Shown one piece after another: positions 1 through 14,008 of a DNA stretch of 64,000 nucleotides. The notes under the pieces were generated by a model that was not told the origin of the DNA, searched no databases, and was given only the letters and a program-made list of their open reading frames with translations. Source of the DNA: Amoebophrya sp. A120 (lineage: Eukaryota > Protista > Dinoflagellata); assembly GCA_905178155.1 (NCBI GenBank), contig CAJINV010000001.1:15872142-15936141 (forward strand), given 5' to 3'. How positions within the stretch are numbered: the stretch's first letter is position 1; every line of letters starts with the position of its first letter. The translations under genes were made by a program, and so were the position numbers.

Positions 1-559
1 GCAGCTCCTTCTCGATGGCGGCATCCGAGGCGGATCCTTGGGATGAATGTGTGGACCAGATGGGAATCACGCGTCGCAAGTCGATCTGGTCCCACAAGTC
101 CCCGCGCACGCCCAGGGGGTCCACGCGGAACAGCACACAACTGACGAACACCAGCAAAAAGAACACGATGCAGAAGTGCAGGAAGTGGGCGCAGAAGTCG
201 CAACATCCGACCCCTTTTTGCGCTAACATCCGCGCCTCCGCCCTCCACCACTTCACGATGCGGCTCTTCGTGGAGTTGTGGAGATGAAGATGACCGTGGG
301 TAGAAGTTGTGCTGTGTTCTACCTCGGTTTGGCTCCGTTCGTCACTGGAGTGTTTGAAGGCACTCGGCCGGTCAAACATTTCCGATTCGTCGTCCGCTTG
401 ATTGCCGGCCCCTGGCTTGGCCACCCGGCTGGGCACGTTCAGGTCCGATTCCGTGCCGCTCGAACTGGCCCCGCTGGTATCATGATGCTCCCCGTTTAGC
501 GCGGCATCCCACTCCTCCAGGGTAATGCCGGAATTCATTATCGTGCGAAACTTCCGCAT
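1..559 (-). CDS. 5' part of an unknown membrane protein (runs off the window edge)
   Basis: Open frame from ATG at 559 (MRKFRTIMNSGITLEEWD...) to the window edge with no stop, so absent from the ORF track. Contains a hydrophobic segment (FLHFCIVFFLLVFVSCVLF). Confidence 0.6.
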   Translation of the reverse strand, partial: MRKFRTIMNSGITLEEWDAALNGEHHDTSGASSSGTESDLNVPSRVAKPGAGNQADDESEMFDRPSAFKHSSDERSQTEVEHSTTSTHGHLHLHNSTKSRIVKWWRAEARMLAQKGVGCCDFCAHFLHFCIVFFLLVFVSCVLFRVDPLGVRGDLWDQIDLRRVIPIWSTHSSQGSASDAAIEKEL

Positions 560-2425
560 GATGTTGATGTTTGAATTTGATATTCGAGACGAATTTGCGC
601 TAGTTATTGGATGAAGCGCTTCTAGGAGGAAAAACTTGCGAAAAGAAACTGGTTGAATGCGACTCAGAAGATCAGTCTTCTTGTAGATGAAAAACGAAGC
701 TGGCGGGGATGCGTACAACGTAAAAACCACGAGCAGACGAAGCTAATTCAGGGGGGGGCGAAAAACGGCTTAAATAATTCTTGGCTCTACTTCTCCTATT
801 AGACCTGGCTGTGGAAAGGCAAAGTCAATGACAGAGCTTGTTCGGAGAACGAGGACGAGCTTTTTGACTTTGAGATGTTACCTTCTGAGCGCCTATCTGC
901 CCAGAAAGGTAGACTCGAAACTGAAGCCACGCACTCGCAACTCCAACCTCGGTCGTAAAATAGTGTGTTTGCATTTCGCGTCGGATATAACCATTTTTCA
1001 GCAGACAACAGAACTGAGAGACTTGGGGACCCTTGGTAAAACTATAAGAGGTTGGAGATCGTTGTGTATTTCGAAAAAACTAGAAAACTTTTTTTACTAT
1101 AAAACTTGGGAATCGCTGTACTGGATTAAAACTTGGAGCTTAGTTTATTGGTAAAGTTCCAGATTTTTGCAGATATTTTCCTTAAAATCTTAACCTTCAT
1201 TCGCACGGAATGTCCACCATAGCATGGGGACAAGGCGCGCTGTTTGGACTAACAAAGATACAGAAAAATGAGCCACAGCATCGGCGTTTGGTGTGCTGTT
1301 TTTGAGTAAAAGTTCTGTCGTCGAAAAATAGAGTCGCAAACCCGCCGACCTGAGTACGCGTCTTTTACATCGCCGCCCATACAAAAACGTCGGAATTTCC
1401 GATTTAGCTCGGCGGAACTAGGACAGCAAATAGAACTCCCTCAAAAGCTTGAAGCACGTAAATACTGCAAAGAGAGCATGGTCGGTCGCTGGAGCTGGCT
1501 TGCTCTACTATATTTGTCGGTAGCAACTACGATTTTCACGATAAGCAGCACGAAAGAACGCACGACTTCGGGCACGAAATGCACTGCAACAGTCTCGTGA
1601 CTGAGACCGACGTCGAATGACAAAAATAGCCGTTACGACTCCAAAATAAGCACCGAAACAACCAGACGAGCTATCTTGCTCGTCTTAGGTAACTTTTGAC
1701 CGATGCCATTTTTCTGTTGGTTTCTCAGTACGTCGCATACAACAAGCCGAGTCTGTGAAACCAAGCTGGTCAAGTTAGTAGTAAGCATAGTAGGGACCGT
1801 AACCGAGGGAGTCGAGATTCAGATTGTGGACGAAACGCAGCAAAAACTAAGGTCGTAGAGGCATTCACTCAAAAGTAAAACAGTCCTCCTCCTCATTCAA
1901 GGCAAAAATGGGCCGCCTCCCGAGGCCGTTGAAGCGCTGTACTTGATTCTCAAAGTTTCTGATAACATTGGTTCGTTCTTTTGGGTTTCTTTCTTTTGTT
2001 ACACATTTGGGTAAAAAAGTCCAGCGAATAAAACTGCGCGGGAAAGGTTGTAGATGAAAGTTCTAGAGGTGTGGGCAAACAAGCTGGGTGCATCTTCCAA
2101 AAAGATTTTCTATTGCAAAAACTCAAAAGCGTGCTATCAAAAGCAGTCAATGCTGCGTTTGTCATGCGATGACGATGTCGTTGTTGATGAGCATGAGTAC
2201 CGCAACTGCGACGGCGGAAAATTTTACATGATCGTGTCTACCTGCTACTAGTTCCGCGTCTTTATGATGTCGGAGCAGACTGCTATCGAATGTACCGCCA
2301 GGGTACAGAAGGACTAGCTGGTCGTGAGGATCGATGACGCTACTGCTCTGATGTAAGTATGCGTATGATGAGCTACTATCTTACACACACACACACAAGA
2401 AGTGATAAACAAGCAGCGAAGTTTT

Positions 2426-5400
2426 TTACGCAACCGGTGCGGTTCGGCCGAGAAAGAAGCGGAAGAGTTTCTCCAGGAAATTTACCGCCATGTACTGCAT
2501 AGTGCGATTACGCACTCGTGACACTACTTCGTCCAGAAACGCCACGGTGCGGTCCGATACCTCGCCAGGCATCAAATACGCTAGCCGGTACGCGTGGCTG
2601 GCCTCCATGCTGCGGCCGTGCTTCAGGTACTCGCGCCCGAGGATGGTGAACGCCCAACCACTGAGTAACACGCCCGTGAAAAAGCTGCCACTGTAGTTCA
2701 CCACCGGAAGGAACCGGGCTTCGATGGCTGGGAACAAGGACAACGCGAAACCCAGCATCAGTGCACGTGACCTGTTTTGTTGACAAAATGTGAATCTTTA
2801 TTATTTGGCCTTACACTTACATCACTGTCTCATTTGATAGAAATTTGTTTTTCAGTTGCTTTCACTCCCTGGTCCCTTGTTCGCTCTCTCTGCCAGAGAG
2901 AAACAAATCGATAACGGACAGAAACGCACCAAAAGGATCATGTGGGAAAACTTCAATACCTAGCCGCCGCGATCCCGCAGCACACGATTGCCGGTGGCGA
3001 GATCTTTTCTAAAAATTCCGCGAGCGTCAAATTTGTTATGTGCGTGCCACTTATGATAGCCACGCCATTGAGCAGCAAGCACAGACTATTGGCCATGATC
3101 CGCTCCGCGCCGACGAGTTTCAGCAGGACTTCGCGTTTCCTCAAAACCTCAGCGACGTGATGCTGGCACCAGGCAGACAGGGCGGCGAGCATCAATATGC
3201 GCGATTTGGTCAGGAACTCCCAGATTATGAACGTTTCCGCCTCTTCCTGCGTGCTATGGTAGAATCGATGGCTACTGTTGGTACTTCCTGAACTATGTGG
3301 CGCATTATTCTCGTCTTGACCCATAATATCCATGTCTGCTATCGCGTCCTCCAATAGAGTTCCATCCGCATGGTATATGGGACCACCACCGTTGTGCCTT
3401 TCGTGATCGCTACGTTGCCTGTGGTGGTCTCCTGTAGCTGCAGAGGTGCTCAACGAGAAGAGATTCCAGAATGATGACGAACCTTGTCCAGAATCTTCGG
3501 CGTCCTTCTGCTGTTGCTGGTCCAGCACATCATGTAGTTGATGATGTATCCCATCTCTGAGTCTGACGTCTTCTACTCCATACAGAAATCCACCGGCGCC
3601 TTGCTCACCAGCTCCGTTCGCCGCTTCGTGCATTAGTTCCTGGCCAGCCCCCAGAAGTTCCCGGTTCGCAAACCCGAATTCCGCGGCAAGCGCCGGATCG
3701 ACCGAGGTCGGATCCAACCGCTGTCGGACGACCACGCGGCCCAGCATGAGTCCCTTCTGCCCCGCTCCGAGGAACAGGAACCCGCCTAGATACTCCATCC
3801 AGACGATGGAGTAGACCGCAAAGACACAGCCGCACCCGATCAAAAAGAGCCGGCGCAGTACTAAAATTCCGTTCACGAGTTTTTTCAAACTGCGGTGGGA
3901 ATCCAGCACGACACGGCCGCTGGCGTCCCGCTCCTGAAACAGGCTTAAATTCCACTTCTGCAGGAATTTTTCGACCGGGTGGAGGTTGGCGAAATTCAAC
4001 TTTTTCAGCAGCAAATGCAGAAAGTTCGCGCACCCAAGCAGAAACACCGAAAATTCCTCGAAGGTCGTGTTCTGCAAGTGGAGCGCGAACGGCATCACCA
4101 TCTGCATCGAGCTGAAAGCGGAGAACATCGGCAGTAAAGCGTGTGTGCCGAAAACGCCGATGGTGAGATACCACCCAGGAATGGTCTTGAACCACCACGT
4201 TATTTCGTCCAGCCGACGGTAGCCGTAGTAGGCAGCGCTCGACACCTATCAATGGATTTGTACGACATTGTCACTGTGCTCTATGAAGATATTTGCAACG
4301 AGTACTTCCCGTAGCACACGAGGCGCTCCAGAAATCAAACATGGGAATAAACGCTATTTGATTATATGGTTGTGGTTTCAGCTCCACCTAGGATATGATA
4401 TTTATACATTTGTCATTTGACAAAGATGAAAATCAGAATCATGAATAAGCTGCAAACTATACCACCGCGACGACGGGCAGGATGAGGTACCAGCTGGAGC
4501 AGAAAAGCAAGTCCAGTAACGCGCAGACCTGGTTCGCGACACAGCCGATCAGCAAAAGGGGGACGTAGACGTGGTTCACACTGTTCAGCATTTTGGGTCG
4601 GAAGTACTGCCGCGCCGTTGCCGTTGGCGTGCACCCGACGTGGACGAAGCCCGACTCGTCCTCGATGCGGTTCTGCGACGCGGGGGTGTACAAATTGTAC
4701 ATCAACGTGGCGAGCTCCACCACGTCCGCACACAAGCGCAAGCCTGTCGCCCGCTCGACCGCGTTCTTGATGATCGCCTTCGCGACCTTCCCCGCAGTGT
4801 CGGTAAGCAACACAGAAGTAGAATCCGCGGGGGTGGCCATCTGGTCGGGAGAGCCTTGGGGGACGAGGCAGCAGAGAATCTCGTGTTGTACGCGTGGCGT
4901 GTTCAGGTCGTGCCCGTACAGCGCCGCGATGATTGCGATGCCGCGCAGCTCCGCCCAGGTATTCTTGATCAGAATCGTGGGGCAGCCGAGGAAGGGGACC
5001 ATGTCGAGGAAGAAGTCAACTAAAAGTCTGGACGTGTTCCGCGTCTCGCTGCCAGCGATGATCTGCCGGACGCAAATCTCGGTCCGATCCAAATCCCCGC
5101 CAGCGTTGTTGTTCAACACGTTACCTGCAACGCCTCCGTTTGCCGCCATTGGGGTCGCCGCCATCAGCTGCTCGGCCCGGGTTTGCGCGGACGGAATGCC
5201 GATGGACTGCAGCCCGTGGATCGCGGGGGACAGAAGGGAGAGAATCACCTTTTCCACGGCGTGCTCGAGCCCAATCTTCTGCGGCGCCTCGCCGTTGCTG
5301 CCCTCGAAGCCCTCCACGTCGGAAAACTCGACCACCTGCATGTCGGTTGGAATTACGTCTTTACCCGGCGTGCTTTTTCGCCGCTTTGGTCCGCGTTCTT

Positions 5401-6280
5401 GGGTGGACGAGCTAGTTGTACCTGGCTCCGCTGAATTTTCGTCCTCTGCTTCCTCCTCCTCGCCCGTCGTAGTTCCGGCGTCGGCTTCGGTTCCGGATGC
5501 TGAGGTTGTGGAGTTTCGTTTCCGCCGCTGGCCCCGCAACCGTAGTCCCCCGGCGACGTCTGGGCCATCTCCATCTGGTGACGCGGTTCGACCTGCAGTT
5601 TGCTCTCCAGTTGGTGAAAGTGCCGTCTCGTCGATGGGGACGGGCTTCTCATGCTCGGTGTCACTGTTGGAGAGGACGAGAATCTTGTTTTTCAGGCTCG
5701 GACTGGATGTTGCGCCAGCGGTAGTAGTACTTGTCTTCCCTTTCGATGTTTTTTCCACCTCCTCCTCCTCCGGGCGCTCGTCTTCGGGGTCAACGAGAGA
5801 AGAGGCTCCAGATTGCTGCTGGACCTTCTCCGGCTCGGACTGCGGGGTGGTAGTTCTTTTTTTCACGACGTTTAAGCTTGTGTCCTCTCCGGATGATGAA
5901 CTTGAGGCGAGGCCGAACTGCTCGCCGTCTGCTGAAGCAGAGTCTCTCCGATCTTCGTCTTCCATAAGACCCAGTCCGCCGGCCGGGTTCTTTCGCGGCT
6001 CCGCGTCACCCTCCTCAGAAAACAGGTCGTCATCATCTCCTTCGCGAATAATTCTCCTTGACTTCTTATTCGCCGCAGTAGAACCCGCGTTATTCGCGTT
6101 GCTCAAATCCAGGCTCCCGGTGTCAACAAGGTCTGACAATTTCGCCGCGCGCCCGAGGCGCGGAATTTCCGCCTTGCCGCCGTGAAGATCAACAAAGCCG
6201 TCGACGTGCGACACAGTCTGCAACAGTGGACCGCACACGGGCAGCTCATCGCGGGATGCGATCCTTTTTTGATCATCCAT
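2426..6280 (-). CDS. Multi-pass membrane protein with EcsC-like domain; 3 exons (GT-AG introns 4246-4462 and 2772-2959)
   Basis: ORFs 4457-6280, 2953-4245 and 2426-2758 join in frame through canonical introns (AV|VSSAAY and AAR|SRALMLG). ELRGIAIIAALYGHDL...QHEILCCL resembles the EcsC family. Several hydrophobic helices follow. Confidence 0.65.
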
Positions 6281-8936
6281 GGTGCGTTTGCGTATTTCGT
6301 GGTTGCACCGAATTTGGGAGGTTCGCGATTTTGCGCTCGGTCACCTGATCACGTCTCCGCTGCTGCATGCACGCATTCCTCTCGTCCCCAGTGCGTCACC
6401 AACATCCGAGAACGTTTTTCTGGCTCAACAGGAATCCATGATCTGATTCAACGCCGAATGGAAGTAGCAACACCATAGAGAAATAAAGAAGCTTGGCCGC
6501 CTCGGTCTTAGCGGTATTCTCAAAAGTTGTCTTACATCAACAAAAATGGTATAGGTTAGTACTTGAAAGAACTGCGAAATATCCGTGCGAGAAAGCAGCG
6601 AGTGAACGCATTTAAAACTGTATCGTAGCGCGTGCGAAGAAGCAGAAGGGAGGACGACGTACTTAAAATAAAAAATAAGCCAAAAGCAAAACTCAAAGCA
6701 TATCAGATACAGGGGAAGTAGAGACACACCAAAAAAAAAGGGTACGCATCTAGAAAGAGTGTGGAGGAGGTGCTGCGGTTGACATACATATTCTTGTCAA
6801 AAACTTCATCATGGCCGCATTCTGGCTCAGTTCATTGTCACCAGAAACCTGCCGTGTGTTGTGTTTGTTATACCGATTCACCATGAAGGAAAAGGATATT
6901 CTCAAGAGTTAACGAGATATTCACTCCACTGGCTAACACGTTCCGTCTCGTACACTCAAACGTCACGAAAACTCGAAACGCGAACTAAAATCGATGAATA
7001 CCGAGTACGTATAAATACAGAATGCTCTTTTCTCTCTTGTTGACACAGGGCCCAAAACATTATGTGAGACCGAGAGTACTGTGCTTCATATCTTGCTCAG
7101 GCCGCGGCCTTGGAACATCCTCAATGCAGCGCTCCTTTTCTCTTCTATACATCTAGAAAGAGGAGGAGGAGGAGTTCTTGTAGGAGACGATATTTGTTTT
7201 GAAGTTGAACGTCATCATGCACGATGAGCAAATTCTTGTTAGAAACAAACTTAATCATACACGTGTAACAAGTTCAAAAAATCCGCGAAGCGAGGTCGTG
7301 GACCACAGCCCAGTGGGAGTGTAAGCCATTTGCCGGTTTCAACATTTCTCAAAACTGAAGAAGATCGTGTAGTTGTTCGTGCTGTTGAGATGAGAGAAAC
7401 CGTGCAAACTGGGCAGCAGGCCGCGAACCTCAAATGTAGCTTTCGTTTTTTTTGTCTTTTTTCTGCTTTCTGGCAATAAATAACCTACTTCAGCGTTTAC
7501 TTCTAGACGAATCCATGCAAGAACGTGGTACAGAAGCTCCAAGTGGTACAGACGATGAAGATCCTCGACGAGCTACTAGTAATATGAATTTCTCCGTACT
7601 GAAAACTACAAAACGCACTTCTGAAGTAGATGTGACTAACTTTCTAAATTTGAATACTTATCGCGATGTTATTGCTGTGCGAAAGTATGACATCGAGGGC
7701 AACTACTAGATTTCCGCTAGGGAAACAAGTGTTGCCCGCGACGAGCTTGGTACTACAACCACGCTAGTTGTTGTAAAAAACGCGTAGGGTAGTTGTAGAA
7801 TGCTTGAGCGTGCCTACTACGTTGTCATATGTGGCTGCCTAATGGTGCCCTAGTATAATTTAGTAGACGATCTTGCCGCATTTTATTTCACGGTCCTGAA
7901 TAAAATTGTGCTCGTGCAGCTGTTCTTGAGAAAGAAACGGTGCATCAAACTGGCCAGGCCACGTCGAGCAAAGGCAGGACGATAAAGCAGCTATTCCTAA
8001 ATTCTTGATCATACAACTTAGCAAAAATTAAAATTGCAAAAAACAAAAACGATAGAACGATGAAAAGTAATATACAGATAACGAGCAGAAAAAACTTCGT
8101 ATGCGTCGAGCTCGAGGCTCTGTATGAATTACTTAACATCCAGATCCACGTCGACCAGTCTCGGCTCCACCTGCCGCACGACCCCCGTCGTGGTCGTCGT
8201 CGTGTGTGCTTGTAGTACAACTAGGACCTAAGCTTCAACCTACTTAACGTAGCTTTTAATGCAGACTTGCAGGCTCGGGTCATTGTGGTTCGGGTTTCCC
8301 ACAAGGTCAGCAGGTTGATCTTCCTCAGGCAGTCTTACAAGACCTAGGTCGCGCCAATCTTTCACGAAGCGGTGCAGCTCGAGATTTACGTGATTGCGAG
8401 ACGGTGTTGTACTTCTAGTCCTCGTTAAACAGGACGAGCGTCTACTCTGCCGGTCCACAATCTCCTGCAAGGGTTTGTTTCCTCGCTTACTGACGCTGCT
8501 AGTCACCCCGGGTTCGGCGGTGCCGGAAGAGGTGATCGTATCCCCATCGAGATGAATCGCCCTACTACGGAAGGCGCAGGTCGAGGACGAGGAGGCCTCA
8601 GGGTTTCTACCTTTCGTCGCCAGTTCCCGCACAAAGAGGATTTGCAGTGGCTGAACCTCCTGCGCGTCGTCGAAATGCCGCGGAGCGGTCATTGTCCACG
8701 CCAGTTCTTGCTCGTGCGGAATATAAGACCGAAAAGGACTTCCAATTGCACTCCCCCCTCGCGCGACTTCCAGTTCCGGAGCCCGCCGAAGGACCGTGGA
8801 GGGTTGTGCAGTACTACTGCTGGCACCTCCAGCCGCATGATGTTGAGGCACGACCGCGGCCCCCGGCTTTGTGTCACGAGGCCTAATAACAAAATCCGCA
8901 AACACATCGGTCCGGTAACGCAGCGTGGCATGGACT

Positions 8937-11900
8937 TTATTTTGGCTTGCCAATGCGGAGTCTCGGGTCGGAAATGTTGCGCACGGACAGGTGAAACCCA
9001 TCAGATTTCGCTGAACCTGGTCGTGTGAGAATGATGAGCGAGTCGCCTCGCAAAAATTGGTGAAGACCACGAGGGCGACCAGTGTAGTTTCCTGAACTGT
9101 GGGCCGAGGTCGGCTCCGGACCCAGAACCTCATATGCTGCCCAGCGCCATTTGCTGGATGGAGGTGTGGCTCTCGGTTCTTTGCTCAACTCCTCGAGCGC
9201 TTCGATGGCGTCGGGATTGGTGAATTTATATTGCTCAGCACGACCACCTCCTGCACCGAATGATCCACTCGCAGCAGGCGGCCGGTCTGAACCCGAGACG
9301 TGCGCGGCGGCCGCCCCCCTGGCCGTCGACGCGCGCACATCGTCTTCGTTGTCGAGAAGAATTTGTCCTGTCGCATCACCGCGTGCGGCCTGAAGATGAA
9401 GCTCGATCGGCCCAGCGGGATGCGTGACCGTGAAAACAGGTTTGTTATGAACCATCTTCCTCGAGACTCGGTATTGGTAGAAAGAAGGCGAAATGCTTTC
9501 ACTACCCGGGTAAGTGTCTCCCCTGCCAACACTATCAAAAGGAAAAATTCCCGCTCCCCAGATCAAAAAGGAAGCCACAGAATATTTGCGATGCTGATTT
9601 GTGCATGTTTTCCAACGAATATCCGTAGGCCAGCCGTCGGGGGTCACCCGACACGTCGGGGGTCCCTCATCAATGCTGATTTGTGACCACAAATCGTGTC
9701 TATCTTGCAAGAAGGCAACTCCACAGGCTCCGCCGCATTATAAGGGCGGTCTGTGATGCTGTTGTGCCTACATAATGCTAGGCGCCTACGTCAAGAAAGC
9801 CTCGCTTCCCAGGGTTGAACTATGGCTGCAGTCCTCTACCGCAAGACAAGTCTGATTTGCGTACGCAAATCCAGCATCACAAATTTTCGTTTCGATATGG
9901 GAGGGGGGATTTTTCCATTTGATAAACAATTTGTTGCTCTTTCAGGGTCCAGGTCCAGGTCGTCTGTCCGGGAGCAGCAGGGTGGTCCTCTTTTAGCCTC
10001 TCGGCTCCAGGAACCCACCCGGAAACCAGAAGCTGGGACAACAGGGTTGGAAGCTTTTCTGTGTCGGGTCTCCAGCCCCCCGCGTCGTTGCACCGCGCCA
10101 AGACATTTTTCTCCGACAAACAGAGAATTTCCACGAAGTCTCCCACGCCGTCCCAATTCTTGTCGACCCGCGGGTACTCTGGATCGTACATTGTCTCCGC
10201 AATTCTCCTCGGAACTGGCGCATAAATGTCGAATAAGAAGAAACGCTTCGGGTCCTTATCAGCTATCTTGTCCGCGCTCATAGTCGAATAATTTTCTGGG
10301 CTTTCCCCGGGTACGGCCGTATTCGGGCCCAAAAGGTTGCCCCTAGCGACCCAGCTTGTTTGCGGCGGTTGCAACGGGGTCTGGTTTTTGAACTTTCTAC
10401 GCTTGGTGGCTTTATCGAAAGTCCAAACGCGCTTGATAGCGGCGAAACTGAGCAGGTTTTTCGTTAGCCCTTTTTCCGCGACCCAGTAGTCCGCCTGCCC
10501 GTCGTCGCCGAAAAACACCCGGCTGGTTTGATACAGTTCCGGGAGAATTTGCAACGCCTGGCTGAGCACGTCGAACTTGCGGTTTCCCGCAAGCGTGCAG
10601 GCGGCCTGAGGGTTATAGGCCTGGTACGCTGCTTGATTCGTCCTGCGGATGCCAGTTTCCCCGAAGGTTGCGCCGAACAAAGCACCGGCCCGGTCGGCCC
10701 CCGGAAGGATCATCAACGGACCGCGCCCGAAGCTTTCTCTCTTGCCAACCGACTCTCCCCGGGGTATGCGCACGTGGTACGCCACTGCAGGGAAGTGCGA
10801 CCTCGTCACCATGACCTTCTCGCGAACCTTTCCGACTCGACTTGCCGCACTCTGGCGCCCGTTCCCCAGTCCCGAAGTGAGCCGGCCCGGTCGCGCCGTT
10901 AGCAGGCCGGGGTACCACGGTAAGCGCTTTTCCTTGTTGTACACAGAAACAAAAGTAGAAGCGCCGTCTCTACTAACACGACCACCAGCGCTGTTGTTCT
11001 CTTCAACTCGCACAACCTCGACATTCCGGGGGTCAACGTCCGCGAAGGTATACTTGCCCCGGCTACTACCATTCCCCGGTAGATACAAAGCGCGCATGGC
11101 CGTTTCGATGTTCAGAAACTTCAGCAGCAGGGGGAAGTTGAGGTAAACACGGTGCGTGTGGTTCTCTATTTCGTTGGCGGACAAAGTCTTTTCCGACTCT
11201 TTCGTGAGACTCTGATCAGTGCCGGGGACGCCGCCGGTCTTCGCGTGACTGCATACGAGCGTGTCGTCCACGTCGGCCCAAAAAGCGAACTCGGGCAAAA
11301 AAGGTTGGAAGCTGTGCTGCGGCACCTGCCGGTCTTGATCACGCTGCCGCTTGGACCGCTGGCGGAGATCCTTGAACAGGTTCTGAAAGTCCACAACAAT
11401 AGGAAAACGATAAGAAGGCTCAACATGTTTCACATCAAATATGGCCGCACGGAGGTCCAGTCGTTTCGAGGTGATGCTGGACGACGATCCACTATCACCG
11501 TAGCCCCCCAAGACCGGGTCTGCCATCAAGGCGTTGCGGAGAAGCCAACTGCACCTCAAATGCGTTCCGTCCGCAAAATATTGCCGGGGGCGCAGCACGC
11601 TGAGAAGGTGTTGTAAAGGTTTCAACTTGTTGTCCGTTTTCCCACTGCTGCTGTATTGGACAGACAGGTATGCTTCCAATTCAGTTGCGTAACCCCAATC
11701 ATCTCTTGCTTCTCCACGTAGTTGTGACCCGCCAACGGCACACCATTCCCCGAACCGCTCCTTCCAGCCCGGCGGAAAGCGGTTGAGCACCTGTTCGAAC
11801 GTTGGGCCCGCTTCACGAGATGCTGACGAAGCCGCCCCAACGGTCATTCCCAACGCAACAAGTCCGCCGGCCGTTGTTGTACCACCACCAAGGCCCAGCC

Positions 11901-11952
11901 CCAGGAGCTGTTGGGACACGAAGAAGATCTTCAAACCTCGCATCTTCAACAT
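8937..11952 (-). CDS. HAD-superfamily phosphatase, App1 (phosphatidate phosphatase)-like; interrupted by introner 9533-9924
   Basis: Motifs DVDDTL, LLTARP and FFGDDGQAD. Removing the element plus one direct repeat joins EQQIV|GRGDTYP (ORF 9877-11952 to ORF 8937-9710). Confidence 0.65.
9533..9924. mobile_element. Introner/MITE-like element, family C (392 bp)
   Basis: TIR TATCAAAAGGAAAAATTCCCGCTCCCCA ... TGGGAGGGGGGATTTTTCCATTTGATA; flanking repeats AACAC/AACAA; homologous to 17193-17503 in the opposite orientation. Confidence 0.9.
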
Positions 11953-13319
11953 CGTAAAATATTAGAGCGGTCTGTTGATAGATTTTCTCGAAAGCAATTC
12001 AATAAAAGCCCCCAATCAACCACTAGCGCACGATATGAGAAGATGTTCACCGACCGCAGCGAGCTAGAGGGCATTCACCACCCGAAGGTAAAAATTTCAA
12101 AATCGGCAAAAACTTTGCAGACTATGACTAGTAGATGAGCGAGGAGGAAACAATAAACAAAAACGTGAAAAATAGTGACGGTAGTAAGTAGGTTTTCGTT
12201 TTCGTGTTGTAAATGTGCAAAAATCAAAACTTTTTTTAAATACGAACCACAAAAAATGATGCTGTTGTATACAGTTGCGCATGCACAAAAACTCGCTTTA
12301 TGTTACTGTGTTACTCAAAACTGTTCTTACGAAAATATACTTATCTTTTAAGAAGTATATTTCGCTGCTGTAAGAAGCTTCAAAAATGGATATTGGGTCA
12401 TGTCTCAACTGTTGTTCACGAAATACGCCTCATTTCGATCTGGAGTCATAGTTTTTGAACACCGATTTCTGCTAAATACGGAGCGTTTGAATTTCAGCAC
12501 ATCTGAACAGTAGATCCGATTTATGCCAAATCCGGAGCGTTTGAATTTCAGCACACCATAGGCATTTGCAGATCTTCAGCAGAACACGCTCCAACGAGTA
12601 CGCAGATAAAAATGAGTAAATCTGTATCCGATACAGCGATCGATTCCTATATTTGCAGCGTTTCTTTTCGTGTGAAGATCTATACAACTCTCTAGTTCGT
12701 TGAGAGTTTCCTCTCCGTGACCGAAAACTCTTGATCCCGGTGGAAAATGTAAACAAACCGAATAAATTTTTTTCACCGAAAAAGAACAAGAAGATTGCAT
12801 TCGCGCATAACCTTACACCCAGACACGGGGACCGTGAAAGCGCACTGCACACGCGAGGTGAGTCGGTAAACATTCCCCACGGGTCCAATGCACGGCCCCG
12901 CGACGCTCAATCTGCCTGCGAGAACGACCCAATAAGCGGAATCATGTTTGCGAGCAGTAACAGACCGCGAAGCTACCTTCGAATTTCGGCATCAACTATA
13001 CATCTAGAAAGAAGAATCGAATACCTTATCTACACAGGAAAACTTTGGGTTTGGCTTGAGCTCGGGCGGGAAAAATGATCTTCAGGCGCAAAGGTAATCA
13101 ATTCAATTCACTGTCAACTTCAGTACATGAGGTAGAAGAAGGGGGAGGCAAAGGCACGTAGAATTAGTATTAGCTAGGTAGTCGCAGTACTAGAGCTAGT
13201 ACGTAGTGCTTATGAAAAAAAAAAATTAAACAGGTCTTTCCCTCTTCCGGACATCAACAAAGTTCTCTTACTCTTGGAAACTAGTAAGTGGTCGCTTTGT
13301 TTACACATCTTCTCCATCA

Positions 13320-14008
13320 CTACTGCGCAGGAGCGGGTACGGGTTTGTTGAAACAGCAGTTGACGACTATCATGCCGATGATACTCAGTCCGACGAACGC
13401 GATAACCGACCACAGGATCCAAAAGTTGCAGCACCCGCACTGCATCGCCCCGCAGGCGGTACCTTCCTCGTCGGTTGTACTTGTGTCAGAGGACGCTGCG
13501 CCACCGCCTCCCGTAACGCCGCTCGACTGCATGATTGTATTCGTATTTGCACCTGCTGCAGTAGGAGTAGCACCACCTCCCGCTACCACGCTGGCCGACT
13601 GCATTGCGCCATTCCCGGTCCCGGTTAGCGGCGCTTGCTTCAATTCTCGATTTTTGGCGGCTCTCAAGGACCTGTGTGATGAAACAGTAGTTTGAGTGGA
13701 CCAGAGGTAAGCAACGAGCGATTTCACCTCGATCAGCAACAGAGGAGAGTCGGTCAGTAGAGCAAAGAAGTTTAGAAGAGCATGTTTGTAGTGAAGAGTG
13801 GGAAAAGAATCAGCTAGAGATGTTACCTTGTGGCGGCTGCGCCATTGGACAAGGCTTCTAACGCCCTATGCTCTTTCGCCGAGGCTGCTGCGCCTGCCGC
13901 AATGGTATTCCGATCAATAGCAGCGACCAACTGGATTGTGCCCAAGCAGAACATAATCAGGACCAATCGATGGCTCCATCGAGCCAATGGATACCGAAAA
14001 TTGTCCAT
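13320..14008 (-). CDS. Small type-I membrane protein (signal peptide, G/T/A-rich stalk, Cys-flanked TM); GT-AG intron 13672-13826
   Basis: ORFs 13823-14053 and 13320-13739 join in frame (AAT-R|SLRAAKN). N-terminal hydrophobic LVLIMFCLGTIQLVAA; C-terminal TM FWILWSVIAFVGLSIIGMIVV. Confidence 0.65.

Noticed and set aside
4593-6185. Long plus-strand ORFs (also 28438-29388, 62000-62968 and others)
   Set aside because: Antisense shadows of GC-rich minus-strand genes; no domains or independent support.
8240-9133. 297-aa ORF as a separate gene
   Set aside because: It overlaps the 3' end of the phosphatase gene in another frame and has no recognisable domain. It could be an alternative last exon, but this is unsupported.
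12479-12565. Short local duplications (also ~45664-45718 and ~56370-56408)
   Set aside because: Two-copy 18-23 bp repeats typical of slippage; no further structure.
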